Shown: positions 19,887-29,210 of the stretch, piece after piece
Layout of the letters: the number at the start of each line of letters is the position of its first letter
Position numbering within the stretch: position 1 is the first letter of the stretch
Virus record (IMG/VR): IMGVR_UViG_3300015214_000024
Span: 265,787 to 329,786 of that record
DNA: 64,000 nt
DNA from: a virus
Taxonomy: Duplodnaviria; Heunggongvirae; Uroviricota; Caudoviricetes
Direction: 5' to 3' (one strand)
The notes under the pieces: model-generated
Database searches by the model: none
Seen by the model: the letters and a program-made list of their open reading frames with translations, nothing else
Told to the model about the DNA's origin: nothing
Program-made: the position numbers and the translations under genes

Positions 19887-20384
19887 TTAGTTAAGTAAGT
19901 CTTCATTCCATTCACGATGACCTTCTCTGAAGGCCATATTTGCTTGAGTTTCTCGAACCTCGACTCTATAGCACCAAAGACGCTCAGCTTCGCCTTGACC
20001 CCAATAGTCTGGAATATAAACTCCGTTAACAAATTTATAAAGCATATCTGATAATCCTTCACAACCAAGCTTAGGAAGGATTGTTAATTGTGCCAATTTT
20101 CGAGCTTCCATTTCTTTATAAAACTCAAGTTCTGGATCATCTTCTGCCACAAGCAATGTGTGATCAAATTGATCTTCAAGAATCTTCTTTAAGTCTTTAA
20201 GGCCGCCGTAATCTGCTGCCCAATTTCGAACATCAAGATCATCAGTTCCAAAATAAAACTTCATAGAAAAACTGTAACCGTGAATCAGATTACAATGTGA
20301 ATCAGCCCGCCATTGGCGATAGGCACAAGGAAATGCATCAATATATTCTTTTGTACTAGTATATTTGTAAACTCTAGGTTCCAT
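19887..20384 (-). CDS. queD: 6-carboxy-tetrahydropterin synthase (QueD/PTPS family)
   Basis: C..IHGYS, D(Y)GGLK, FDHTLL, VEVRET..N.A. Confidence 0.85.
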   Translation of the reverse strand: MEPRVYKYTSTKEYIDAFPCAYRQWRADSHCNLIHGYSFSMKFYFGTDDLDVRNWAADYGGLKDLKKILEDQFDHTLLVAEDDPELEFYKEMEARKLAQLTILPKLGCEGLSDMLYKFVNGVYIPDYWGQGEAERLWCYRVEVRETQANMAFREGHREWNEDLLN

Positions 20385-20395
20385 TTTTATTATTT

Positions 20396-20443
20396 TCCTG
20401 CTTGAGCCAGAATATTTTAAGAGGGATGAGCAGGCGGCCTCTG
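20396..20443 (-). promoter_or_regulatory. preQ1-I-like riboswitch/pseudoknot candidate
   Basis: AGAGG-CCGCCTGCTCATC-CCTCT stem-loop, A-rich tail, loop CCTGCT complementary to AGCAGG overlapping the queD SD. Confidence 0.55.
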
Positions 20444-20455
20444 ATAGTAATTTAT

Positions 20456-20737
20456 TTAGTCAACCAACCGTGCTATTACTGAATCTGAATCGATCACCAT
20501 ATAGCTATCAGTAGGAGTTTTAAGTTCGTCGTGCTTGACCCATTTTGTTAATAAAACTCGATCACCGATGGACAATGGTGACAGATCTTCCTTAAAGCCA
20601 GTGCCAATATTTGTCACAATAGCTTCATATACGTCTTGATTTTGTTTTGTAGTAATAATTAAGCCACCAACAGATTTTTCTGGTGCTTTAATTTGTTTAA
20701 CAAGAAATCTTTTGCCTACTGGCGTAAAGTTAATCAT
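20456..20737 (-). CDS. groES: co-chaperonin GroES
   Basis: P.GKRFLVK...GGLII...IGDRVL...SVIA. Confidence 0.8.
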   Translation of the reverse strand: MINFTPVGKRFLVKQIKAPEKSVGGLIITTKQNQDVYEAIVTNIGTGFKEDLSPLSIGDRVLLTKWVKHDELKTPTDSYMVIDSDSVIARLVD

Positions 20738-20806
20738 TCTTCCTACCTATTATTGTTTTGTTTATCTTTTATCAATATAATAATAGGCAGGAAGAATGTC
20801 AATATT

Positions 20807-22066
20807 TTAAACGCTTGCTCTAAGACGTTTGACCACTTCATCCTTACCAAGGATGATCATAATTTCACCAATACCTGGAGAAATTGTGGAACCTGTCAGC
20901 GCAATTCTAACTGGCTGGACAATATTTGCAAATTTATCTTCACGGGCAACTGCCAGGCCGAGCAAATATCCGTGAATTCCATCAATCGTCCAATCAACTG
21001 AATCAATGTTTGCCAAAACATCGTTAATCACATCTGGATTAAATTTGTTTTTGGCTTTATCATTCCATTCAATATCATCTTTGAATAAGAAGATTGCCCC
21101 GTCGATCATTTCATTCAGAGTTTTGGAGCGCGGCTGTAGCTCAGGAATCAAAGCCTGAAGTTGATTGATCTGAACATCATCCAGCATAAAGCCATATTTC
21201 TTTTCAATAGGCAAATACACCATATTAAAAAGTGTTTTAGTATCAAGTGCCATCATAGTTTGGAAATTGACATTATACAGTTTTTTCATATCAAGACGGG
21301 CAGGATTGCGATTAACATCCTTTATATCAAACCACTGAAGAGCTTGATCTTTTGAAATGATATCAACATCACCGTGACCCCAACCTAATTTAGTCAAATA
21401 ACTGAATAGCCCATCCGGAACAATACCAAGATTTTGATAGAAATCAATACCTGCTGCCCCGTGGCGCTTGGAAAGTTTCTTACCATCCTCACCGTGAATC
21501 AATGGAATATGCGCGTATGTTGGAACTTTCCAGCCCATAGCTTTGTAAATTGTCATTTGACGGAATGCGTTATTCAAATGATCATCACCACGAATGACGT
21601 GAGTCACACCCATATCATAATCATCCACAACCACAGCCAGCATATAAGTTGGTGACCCATCGGAACGTAGGATCACGAAATCGTCAATATCCTGTGGCCA
21701 AGTTACTGTGCCTTGGACAAGATCATCAATGGTTTGTCCACCTTTAATGCCTTTGATTCGAATTGCTCCATTATCATAATATGCATCTTGCGAATGAAGC
21801 AACTCCATAGCGACTTCAATATGACGATCTGATCGATTACTTTGATAAACAGCATCACCATCATAATCCAATCCAATCCATTTCATACTATCGAAAATGT
21901 GATTGATTGAATCGGAAGTTGAGCGTTGCTTATCAGTATCCTCAATTCTAAGCTTAAATTGACCGCCATTACGGCGAGCATAAAGCCAATTGAAAATTGC
22001 TGTGCGAACACCTCCAATATGGAGGTCCCCAGTCGGGCTTGGCGCGAACCTGGTTACGACGCTCAT
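20807..22066 (-). CDS. gltX: glutamyl-tRNA synthetase (compact)
   Basis: TRFAPSPTGDLHIGG, LRIEDTD, VIRGDDH, KLSKR. Confidence 0.95.
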   Translation of the reverse strand: MSVVTRFAPSPTGDLHIGGVRTAIFNWLYARRNGGQFKLRIEDTDKQRSTSDSINHIFDSMKWIGLDYDGDAVYQSNRSDRHIEVAMELLHSQDAYYDNGAIRIKGIKGGQTIDDLVQGTVTWPQDIDDFVILRSDGSPTYMLAVVVDDYDMGVTHVIRGDDHLNNAFRQMTIYKAMGWKVPTYAHIPLIHGEDGKKLSKRHGAAGIDFYQNLGIVPDGLFSYLTKLGWGHGDVDIISKDQALQWFDIKDVNRNPARLDMKKLYNVNFQTMMALDTKTLFNMVYLPIEKKYGFMLDDVQINQLQALIPELQPRSKTLNEMIDGAIFLFKDDIEWNDKAKNKFNPDVINDVLANIDSVDWTIDGIHGYLLGLAVAREDKFANIVQPVRIALTGSTISPGIGEIMIILGKDEVVKRLRASV

Positions 22067-22077
22067 TTTAAACTCCC

Positions 22078-22554
22078 TTATTCGTAAATAATTTCCAAAA
22101 TAGTAAAATATTTGTCAGACTTTGGTGTGATTACTGTTACTGAATCACCAACCTTTCGATTTATCAATGATCTACCAACAGGACTCACAACACTGATCAA
22201 ACCGTTCTTTACATCAGACTCGTATTCACTCACTAATTGATAAGTCAATTCTTGTTCAGTGTCTTCATCAATCATTTTGACTTTAGCGCCAAACACAATT
22301 CTGTCAAGTCCAGCCAACGATTCCGGATCGACAATTTTTAAATCAGACAAAATACCTTCCAAGTTTTGAATTTTGCCTTCTATAAAAGCTTGCTGATTTT
22401 GCGCATCAGTAAATTCAGCATTTTCAAGCAATTCTTCACCACCATTAGTCCTGATGTGTTCAATTCTCGATATTATTTCCTGCCTATCGACAGACTTCAA
22501 TTTTTTCAACTCTGAAACTAATTTTTCATATCCATTTCTGGTTACTGTAATCAT
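22078..22554 (-). CDS. greA: transcription elongation factor GreA
   Basis: T..GY.KL..EL..LK, ENAEF, FGAKV, ISVVSPVGRSL. Confidence 0.9.
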   Translation of the reverse strand: MITVTRNGYEKLVSELKKLKSVDRQEIISRIEHIRTNGGEELLENAEFTDAQNQQAFIEGKIQNLEGILSDLKIVDPESLAGLDRIVFGAKVKMIDEDTEQELTYQLVSEYESDVKNGLISVVSPVGRSLINRKVGDSVTVITPKSDKYFTILEIIYE

Positions 22555-22570
22555 TTGCGACCTTTTATTC

Positions 22571-22601
22571 AAAAGATAGCCAGACACAAGTGCCTGGCTA
22601 C
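22571..22601 (-). terminator. terminator hairpin directly upstream of greA (leader attenuator candidate)
   Basis: GTAGCCAGGCAC-TT-GTGTCTGGCTATCTTTT, a few nt before the greA SD. Confidence 0.65.
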
Positions 22602-22925
22602 CGTGTTTAAACCATTTAAAAACTAATCAAAATATTTAGGTTATTGGGACTTGAGTCTTTTATTCCTAATTACCATTCAACTTGGTTGATGGAGCGATTT
22701 AACTCTTTAAAGGGCAAAACCGCCGTACAATACTATAATAATTTACTTACTTTAATTTAATATAAACTACCAGATTTTACGACATTAGTCCTTTGTATTC
22801 TGATAAGGAAATGGATTAATCCATCCCGCCGGTAATAAAATTTTAAAATCTTATTTCCGACATAGTTTCTTTATTAGCATCAACAATGTAGGTTATTTAT
22901 AATATATCGCGTGTTCGATGTCAAT

Positions 22926-23795
22926 TTATAATTGTGTAGGTGTTAGGGAAATCTTAACAGGTTGGGCTAATTTTTCCCATCCTTGTGCTATTAAATTGTT
23001 AGAATTGACTGGTTTATATTTCTCAGGATCTAATGACCAAGTTATATGATAAGTTCCACCATCTGGTCTTTCTGTTGATCCATCAATAGCCACAACAGCG
23101 GCTTCAAGTCCATCACCAGAATCAGCCCATCCAACAATTTCTGCAGAATTGATATCTGGCGGCGGCATCTTATCCTTATTCTTCATACTATAAGTTACGT
23201 GATGTGCGTAAATTTTAGGATATTTTGGTTTAAACATTTGCAATAATTCCTTTCGTTCCATTGCATCTGGAACGTAGGCCTTATATGCTTCGTGGACAGT
23301 GTTGCGAGGTATTGCACCATTCTTTAAAAACATCTCTAAGCGGCGGCCGGAAAGAGTATAATGCGCGCCAGCGACATCTAAAACGACAGTTTTATGATCA
23401 TCACCGAGAATTCGCAATGCTTTAACTGCTTGGCGTAAAGTTTCGGCAGCAACCGATGTTTCATCATAATTACCATTCTGGCGTGAATCGTGATAAATTA
23501 CGCGAACCCATCCTCGGTCATTCATAAATTGAATAGGCCCTGGTTCACCATCAACAAGATCAGTTATTTCATCATTATCATCTGTTATGTGATCCATCTG
23601 ATCAATTTTATCAGCATATTCTTCAGTTCTCGGATCATTCAATAAATCTTTAAAAGAAACACCAAACAAATCTGGATGAAGAAATAATAATGAACTGTGT
23701 GAAGAATGAATGTCAACAGGAATAATTTCCTTAGTATTCACATTTACCCAAGCCGGTCCACGAACATCAGATGCTAAGAATTCATTTAAGCGCAT
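22926..23795 (-). CDS. two-domain protein with C-terminal 2H phosphoesterase-like domain
   Basis: AHHVTY and YHITWS HxT motifs; MRLNEF N-terminus. Confidence 0.55.
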   Translation of the reverse strand: MRLNEFLASDVRGPAWVNVNTKEIIPVDIHSSHSSLLFLHPDLFGVSFKDLLNDPRTEEYADKIDQMDHITDDNDEITDLVDGEPGPIQFMNDRGWVRVIYHDSRQNGNYDETSVAAETLRQAVKALRILGDDHKTVVLDVAGAHYTLSGRRLEMFLKNGAIPRNTVHEAYKAYVPDAMERKELLQMFKPKYPKIYAHHVTYSMKNKDKMPPPDINSAEIVGWADSGDGLEAAVVAIDGSTERPDGGTYHITWSLDPEKYKPVNSNNLIAQGWEKLAQPVKISLTPTQL

Positions 23796-23803
23796 TTTAC
23801 TTC

Positions 23804-24343
23804 CTATGTATTAATTGAGCCAGCAGTCATCAATAAACGAACGTATTTTTCAACTGGCGGCCAGGCCTTCTCTAATTCAGAATCTGAATCAATTTTAGTC
23901 CATTCTTGCTCTTCTCGTTCATTCCAAAACAGACCATAACAGTTATATTTCTTAAATAAACTTCTCCAGATTCTTTTTGAATCTTCTGTTTGCTCAAAAT
24001 CACTGACGATTGCACCATATTTTTTAATGAACATTTCATACATCGCTTTGGCCAATCCCTTGCCACGATGGGAAGGGGCCACCCAAACATATGCAGCCAC
24101 CCAATAATTTTTGTCAATTAGTTTACGATTTAGAAATTTGAAGAGGCCAACGACTTTGTCGTCTTCAACAATAAACCATCTTTTTGTATCGTTTAGACTA
24201 TCATCTTCATAAATGGTATAACCACTACTTTGAGCAATAATGGATGAAGAGTCTTTTACTTTATCGAAATTGAATTGGTTACGATTTACGACAATATCAT
24301 CATCCGGAAGAGCATCCAAAGTCCTCAATTCAAACATTCTCAT
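23804..24343 (-). CDS. GNAT acetyltransferase
   Basis: VWVAPSHRGKGLAKAMY...SD..QT.DS.RIW. Confidence 0.75.
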   Translation of the reverse strand: MRMFELRTLDALPDDDIVVNRNQFNFDKVKDSSSIIAQSSGYTIYEDDSLNDTKRWFIVEDDKVVGLFKFLNRKLIDKNYWVAAYVWVAPSHRGKGLAKAMYEMFIKKYGAIVSDFEQTEDSKRIWRSLFKKYNCYGLFWNEREEQEWTKIDSDSELEKAWPPVEKYVRLLMTAGSINT

Positions 24344-24364
24344 ACTTGATTATTCCGAAAAAAG

Positions 24365-24480
24365 TGGTGCGGCCGGTAGGGATCGAACCTACAAACCGGG
24401 GAACATTACACGAAATGTATCAACCCGGGGCTGTTCAAACAAGTTTGACAGTCGTGTCTGCCTTATTTCACCACGGCCGC
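24365..24480 (-). ncRNA. tRNA-Leu-like RNA with 13-nt anticodon loop and hyper-extended variable arm
   Basis: GCGGCCG/CGGCCGC-A-CCA acceptor, Leu-type D arm, GTAGG-TTCGATC-CCTAC T arm; own TTGACT-N17-TATATT promoter. Confidence 0.75.
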
Positions 24481-24534
24481 ATAGTTAATTAATATATGAT
24501 ATTTATTTTTCTAAGTCAAGTATGAAAAGTAGTT

Positions 24535-24786
24535 TTAGGTTTCAGTGATGATGAAGGCGCTATGCATATGGTCTTCCATTTTCATTATGAATGAAGCAGG
24601 CACGGAACGATTTTCAGCATAGTCATAGACCCACTGGATTTCAAAATCACAATTATATTTCTTAGCTAAATCATTAAGTTCATCTACCGTCAGTAAACGA
24701 TTGGTATATTTACAAATACCGTACCGGGTTTTATCCATAGTTACGATATCAGTATAATCTTTTATTTCAAAAGAAAGTTCTTTCAC
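24535..24786 (-). CDS. small hypothetical protein (paralog pair)
   Basis: E.HM..AF.I.ET shared with the next ORF. Confidence 0.55.
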   Translation of the reverse strand: MKELSFEIKDYTDIVTMDKTRYGICKYTNRLLTVDELNDLAKKYNCDFEIQWVYDYAENRSVPASFIMKMEDHMHSAFIITET

Positions 24787-25025
24787 GTTTCTGCTATCAT
24801 AAAAGCTGTGTACATATGTTCTTCAAATTCCAATTCAAAATGACTGACCATTGGACGCTCATCTGAAGTAAAATTTGGCTCACATTTCACAGTATAGGTT
24901 TCTACTATATGATTTAATTCCTTCATAGAATATTGCTTACCATCAGGTGAACATATCGCTATCGATTGATAAGGTCCGCCAACTATTTCTTTTCTAAAAA
25001 TGTAAAAATTTAATTTTACGTTCAT
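24783..25025 (-). CDS. small hypothetical protein (paralog pair)
   Basis: Coupled to map. Confidence 0.55.
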   Translation of the reverse strand: MNVKLNFYIFRKEIVGGPYQSIAICSPDGKQYSMKELNHIVETYTVKCEPNFTSDERPMVSHFELEFEEHMYTAFMIAET

Positions 25026-25777
25026 AGAGTCATAATCTCAAAACCATTATTAGTTACAGCTATAGTGTGTTCCCATTGGGCTGCTGGTTCACGATCACAA
25101 GTAACAATAGTCCAACCATCCGGCATTAGTTTAACACGGCCTTTTCCAGTGGTTAAAATTGGTTCAATGGTTAAAAAATCGCCTTCTTGGAAAACGTGAT
25201 TCCAGTCAGGTAACGTTTCATCTATGAAATTTACAACAGAAGGTGCTTGATGGAAAATAGTTCCGATACCGTGCCCGCAAAATTGATCCAAAACTTTCAA
25301 ATTGTATTTCTTGGAAATTTCGTAACCTAAACGGCCAATATCAGCAACAGTAGTACCTGGCTTCAAAATCTCAATCGACCGCATCATTATCTCATAAGTA
25401 ACATCGCTGAGTCGTTTATGCTTAATTGAAGGTTTATCAACAAAGAACATTCTACTCGTATCACCGTGATGACCATCAACGATAACTGTTACGTCGATAT
25501 TCAAACTGTCACCTTTCTTTAACACCTTATCACCAGGTATTCCGTGGCAAACTACGTGATTCACACTTATGCAAGTATGCTTTGGATAAGGCGGCATAGT
25601 ACCCTTACTTGTATATTGATAACAGGCGCTTATTGCACCATTATCGTGTATAAAGTCGTATGCTTTCTGATCTAAAAAGTCAGTGGTTACTCCAGCCTGG
25701 ATGAAATTGGATAAATGATCCAATGTTCGAGCGGCCAAATGTCCTGCAATTCGCATTTTCTCCAATGATGGAGCCAT
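25022..25777 (-). CDS. map: methionine aminopeptidase type I
   Basis: CISVNHVVCHGIP, NIDVT, GDTSRMF, GHGIG..FH, TIEP, AQWEHT. Confidence 0.95.
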   Translation of the reverse strand: MAPSLEKMRIAGHLAARTLDHLSNFIQAGVTTDFLDQKAYDFIHDNGAISACYQYTSKGTMPPYPKHTCISVNHVVCHGIPGDKVLKKGDSLNIDVTVIVDGHHGDTSRMFFVDKPSIKHKRLSDVTYEIMMRSIEILKPGTTVADIGRLGYEISKKYNLKVLDQFCGHGIGTIFHQAPSVVNFIDETLPDWNHVFQEGDFLTIEPILTTGKGRVKLMPDGWTIVTCDREPAAQWEHTIAVTNNGFEIMTL

Positions 25778-25879
25778 ATTCAATATCCCACATAATGTTA
25801 CGATTAACATTATTAACATACCGCAACAAATAAGTCAATGCAAAAGTGTAGATCTGCACACTTCTGCCAATCTAATATT

Positions 25880-26896
25880 TTAAATTGATTTATTTTGAAT
25901 ATCATATAGTTGTTGGCTGGCTAAATTTTTGTTTTTAGCTTCAACCATAATATCAGCCATTGGTGAAAAAGAAAGAGCCCATTCATTAAGCGCATTGTTC
26001 CAGCATAAATCAGAATGCTTGCGCAATTTGGTTTTTGTGAAACCATTCTCAAATAACATTTTCATATCAGGAAGATCAGTTGCACCAACGTGTTCAATTA
26101 ACATATCGATACTTGAACTAAAGTGTATCTTTGGACGTTGACCTCGCCAAGAACCAAAAATGATATCTAACCGCTTATCGTCAGGCATTATATAATCGCC
26201 ACTATTAATTAGATGGTGATGTATGTCTAATACGATTGAAAATTTGTCGGCTATTTTGATCACATCATCAACACCAAAAGAAAATTCATCATTTTCGACA
26301 GTTAGGAAATTTTTACAAGCCTGACTTAATCGACGGCTATTATTAACGAAACCATCAGTTCCGCCCTCCTTACCACCAACGTGTATATTAATAGCAAAAT
26401 TGTGATCGTGGAATTTACTTCCATCATAGCCCATCATTTCAGCACAATAAGTATGATATTCAAGTTCAATAATAGTCTTATCAACTACATCACTTTTAAT
26501 TGAATTCAAAATACAAAACTGGCCTGGGTGAAAAGAAAGACGGATATTGTGATTTCGAGCGAACGTCCCGCATTCGCCAAGCTTTAAATCAATCATCTTT
26601 TTGATTGATGGCAAGTTGTAAAACCACATAAACTCAGGATGCGTATAAAGTGGTAATAAGTCTGATCCAATTCTCATCATTCTCATACCAACAGGCATCT
26701 GGCTGACGAACAGTAGCATATTACCAAAAGTTCGCAAGTTGTGCTTAAGAAGAGAAATGAGTTTCTTTTCCTGATCAGCGCGACTGTTCCTATTCATAAA
26801 AGCAACAGTTGTGGATTTTAGATTATGATCTTCAATCCATTCTTTTGTTTTAGTAGGATTCATAATTTTACAAGCAAAGCCAATTTTGGCAATCAT
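25880..26896 (-). CDS. uvsE: UV-damage endonuclease
   Basis: IGFACK, RIGSDLLP, RLSFHPGQF, TVENDE, LDIHHH, PKIHFS, MVEAK.K. Confidence 0.9.
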   Translation of the reverse strand: MIAKIGFACKIMNPTKTKEWIEDHNLKSTTVAFMNRNSRADQEKKLISLLKHNLRTFGNMLLFVSQMPVGMRMMRIGSDLLPLYTHPEFMWFYNLPSIKKMIDLKLGECGTFARNHNIRLSFHPGQFCILNSIKSDVVDKTIIELEYHTYCAEMMGYDGSKFHDHNFAINIHVGGKEGGTDGFVNNSRRLSQACKNFLTVENDEFSFGVDDVIKIADKFSIVLDIHHHLINSGDYIMPDDKRLDIIFGSWRGQRPKIHFSSSIDMLIEHVGATDLPDMKMLFENGFTKTKLRKHSDLCWNNALNEWALSFSPMADIMVEAKNKNLASQQLYDIQNKSI

Positions 26897-27600
26897 AATT
26901 TAAATTTGCTCCAAGTGTTTTTATGTTCTAAACATCGATTTAATATAATCCTTAAGGATTCTGGATCATATACAAAACCAAAATGGGTAGTGTCAACCTC
27001 AATATTCTCACTTATGTCAGTTTCAGTCTCTAAGCAATCCTGATATGGTGCAATAATATCAGCTTTGGAATAGAGAGACGAGAATGGGACCACTGGAATT
27101 TCACCCATATAGTTAGTATATTGATCACAAATTGGATGATCATCGATATCAATACCAATTTTTGTATATTTCTTTCGCATTTCTTCAATGTCAATTTTTT
27201 GCTTGAACGGCGTGCCGAGGGTGATAACTGAATTGACTAGTTCTGGCGACATTTTAGCCAGGCAGCGAGCATAAAAGCCTCCCATACTCCATCCAATTAT
27301 AGTAACGGGGGTTTTATGCTCATCATAAATCCTTACTAATTCTTTATGAATAGTATTAATTAATGAATCACTTGCAATAATATTGGTTCCCTGATTCCAA
27401 GTATAGGGCTTGAATCCACAGGAAAGTAAAGCCGATCTTAGCAATAATGTGGCGTGATCATTAGTTAAAAAGCCAGGAATTACTAAAACTGGCCGGCCGT
27501 CAGCCTCTTCCTTGTATGAGAATGATTCTGCCGAGTCGAGCAAAAAATCAGCTATAAAATTAGGAGTCCTCTTTTTCAATAGATTAAAGAATTCGTCCAT
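26893..27600 (-). CDS. alpha/beta-hydrolase (lipase/esterase)
   Basis: PGFL oxyanion motif, GWSMGG nucleophile elbow, D and H triad. Confidence 0.85.
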   Translation of the reverse strand: MDEFFNLLKKRTPNFIADFLLDSAESFSYKEEADGRPVLVIPGFLTNDHATLLLRSALLSCGFKPYTWNQGTNIIASDSLINTIHKELVRIYDEHKTPVTIIGWSMGGFYARCLAKMSPELVNSVITLGTPFKQKIDIEEMRKKYTKIGIDIDDHPICDQYTNYMGEIPVVPFSSLYSKADIIAPYQDCLETETDISENIEVDTTHFGFVYDPESLRIILNRCLEHKNTWSKFKL

Positions 27601-29210
27601 TAAACTTGTATCCTTTCTTCAACCATCTGAATAAATTGGTCTAAACCAACCATTTCAGCAAATGTACCTACTCTGGGCCCTTGTTCTGAACCAAACACGA
27701 TTTCGTAGATGGCCTTGAACCATTCTTGAAGCTTCTCATAATTAGCTGACTTCCCAATTTCGTAAACAATACTTTGAATTGATTCAGCTGTTGGATTATC
27801 CAACGTCCTAAATTCATCGAGCATTGACGATAGTAGGCCATATTCATATTCAGTTGGTGACCGAAATGAAATCGATCCCGAAAGATGATCATTAAAATAA
27901 TTACCAGCTAACGGAATAATTGAACTGACTTGGTTATTGCCACAATATTGCTCAACAATCTTTCCTACTACTTCTGAATCCGTAATACCTGTTGATCCAA
28001 TCAAGTTCAGCAATAGGCTATAAGATACCTCATTATGTGAAGAATTTACATCGCCATTATGCACGTGGTAAACTGGATTACCAAGCTGTTGGCTGGCCGT
28101 CTGAGTCGCATATAGCTTTAAACTGTTATTATAATCATCCATAGCAATAGGAACAACACCAGCGTGAAGATTCTTCGCTCTAGTTGGCTCGCGATACAAA
28201 TAATATGCGAGACTTTCTTGAGTTCCATATTGAAGCCATTCTTCAATAGTGAAACCATTGCCCTTTGACTTTGAAATCTTTGCTCCATTCTTGTCAAGAA
28301 ATAGTTCATAAGTCAAATTAATTGGTGGGATGCCACCAAGAACTCGACAGATTTGTCCTGAAAGACGGACACTGTCAGTCAAATCCTTACCAGACATTTC
28401 ATAATCAACATCAAAATAGACCCAGCGCATTGCCCAGTCGACCTTCCACTGAAGCTTAGTACGGCCGTTGTGGATATCGACAACGCACGGAGTAGATCCG
28501 AGATTGAACTCCAAAAACCTCTTCCCATTTTCTGTTGAGAGAACAACCGGCACTTGGTTAACGTGTGGGGTCTTGTTTAAACTGACCGAATCGTGGAAAA
28601 CTGGCATAAACGGACTATATGTTTGGCGGCGGTCCTCTCCTAAGGTAGGAAGGATGATATCCAAAATAGCCTGATTGCTATCGAATACTCTGTCCAGCAT
28701 ATTGTTAAACTTGCCAAAACTATAATAATCTGAAGAGCTTACAAAACTCACTCGGCTCCGATTCGGCGAAGAGCCAACAACACTATTATTATAAGTAGCC
28801 AGGATGGCATCAACAAATTCTACCAATCGAGTGTTATTTGCATCAGCAAAGCTGCCGTCTTCTGTTCCATAAGGATTTGGGACCATCGATAGAGGCTCAC
28901 CCAAATGGTCATTCATCCATTCAGGCATTCCATCAGGCACCTTGCGGAAACCATCATAATCGTCACTAAACATAATAAGGCGAGTCTGGTAGGCATTCTG
29001 AGTTAGATCATCAAATGCCTTCATTACCCAAAGTGTACGAACTACTTCAGCAAATGTACCAATGTGGGGAGCGCCAGACGGGCCGTAACCTGATTCGAAG
29101 GTCACAACATCACCTGGCTTCTTGCCCTTACGCTCAATGTGCTTTAGAAGCCTCTTGGCCTCGACGAATGGCCAGGCCTTTGACTCTTCATACACTTGAA
29201 CCATATTCAT
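27600..29210 (-). CDS. lysS: class I lysyl-tRNA synthetase
   Basis: SGYGPSGAPHIGT, DDYDGFRKVP, KLQWKVDWAMRW, KISKSKGN, GPRVG. Confidence 0.95.
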   Translation of the reverse strand: MNMVQVYEESKAWPFVEAKRLLKHIERKGKKPGDVVTFESGYGPSGAPHIGTFAEVVRTLWVMKAFDDLTQNAYQTRLIMFSDDYDGFRKVPDGMPEWMNDHLGEPLSMVPNPYGTEDGSFADANNTRLVEFVDAILATYNNSVVGSSPNRSRVSFVSSSDYYSFGKFNNMLDRVFDSNQAILDIILPTLGEDRRQTYSPFMPVFHDSVSLNKTPHVNQVPVVLSTENGKRFLEFNLGSTPCVVDIHNGRTKLQWKVDWAMRWVYFDVDYEMSGKDLTDSVRLSGQICRVLGGIPPINLTYELFLDKNGAKISKSKGNGFTIEEWLQYGTQESLAYYLYREPTRAKNLHAGVVPIAMDDYNNSLKLYATQTASQQLGNPVYHVHNGDVNSSHNEVSYSLLLNLIGSTGITDSEVVGKIVEQYCGNNQVSSIIPLAGNYFNDHLSGSISFRSPTEYEYGLLSSMLDEFRTLDNPTAESIQSIVYEIGKSANYEKLQEWFKAIYEIVFGSEQGPRVGTFAEMVGLDQFIQMVEERIQV

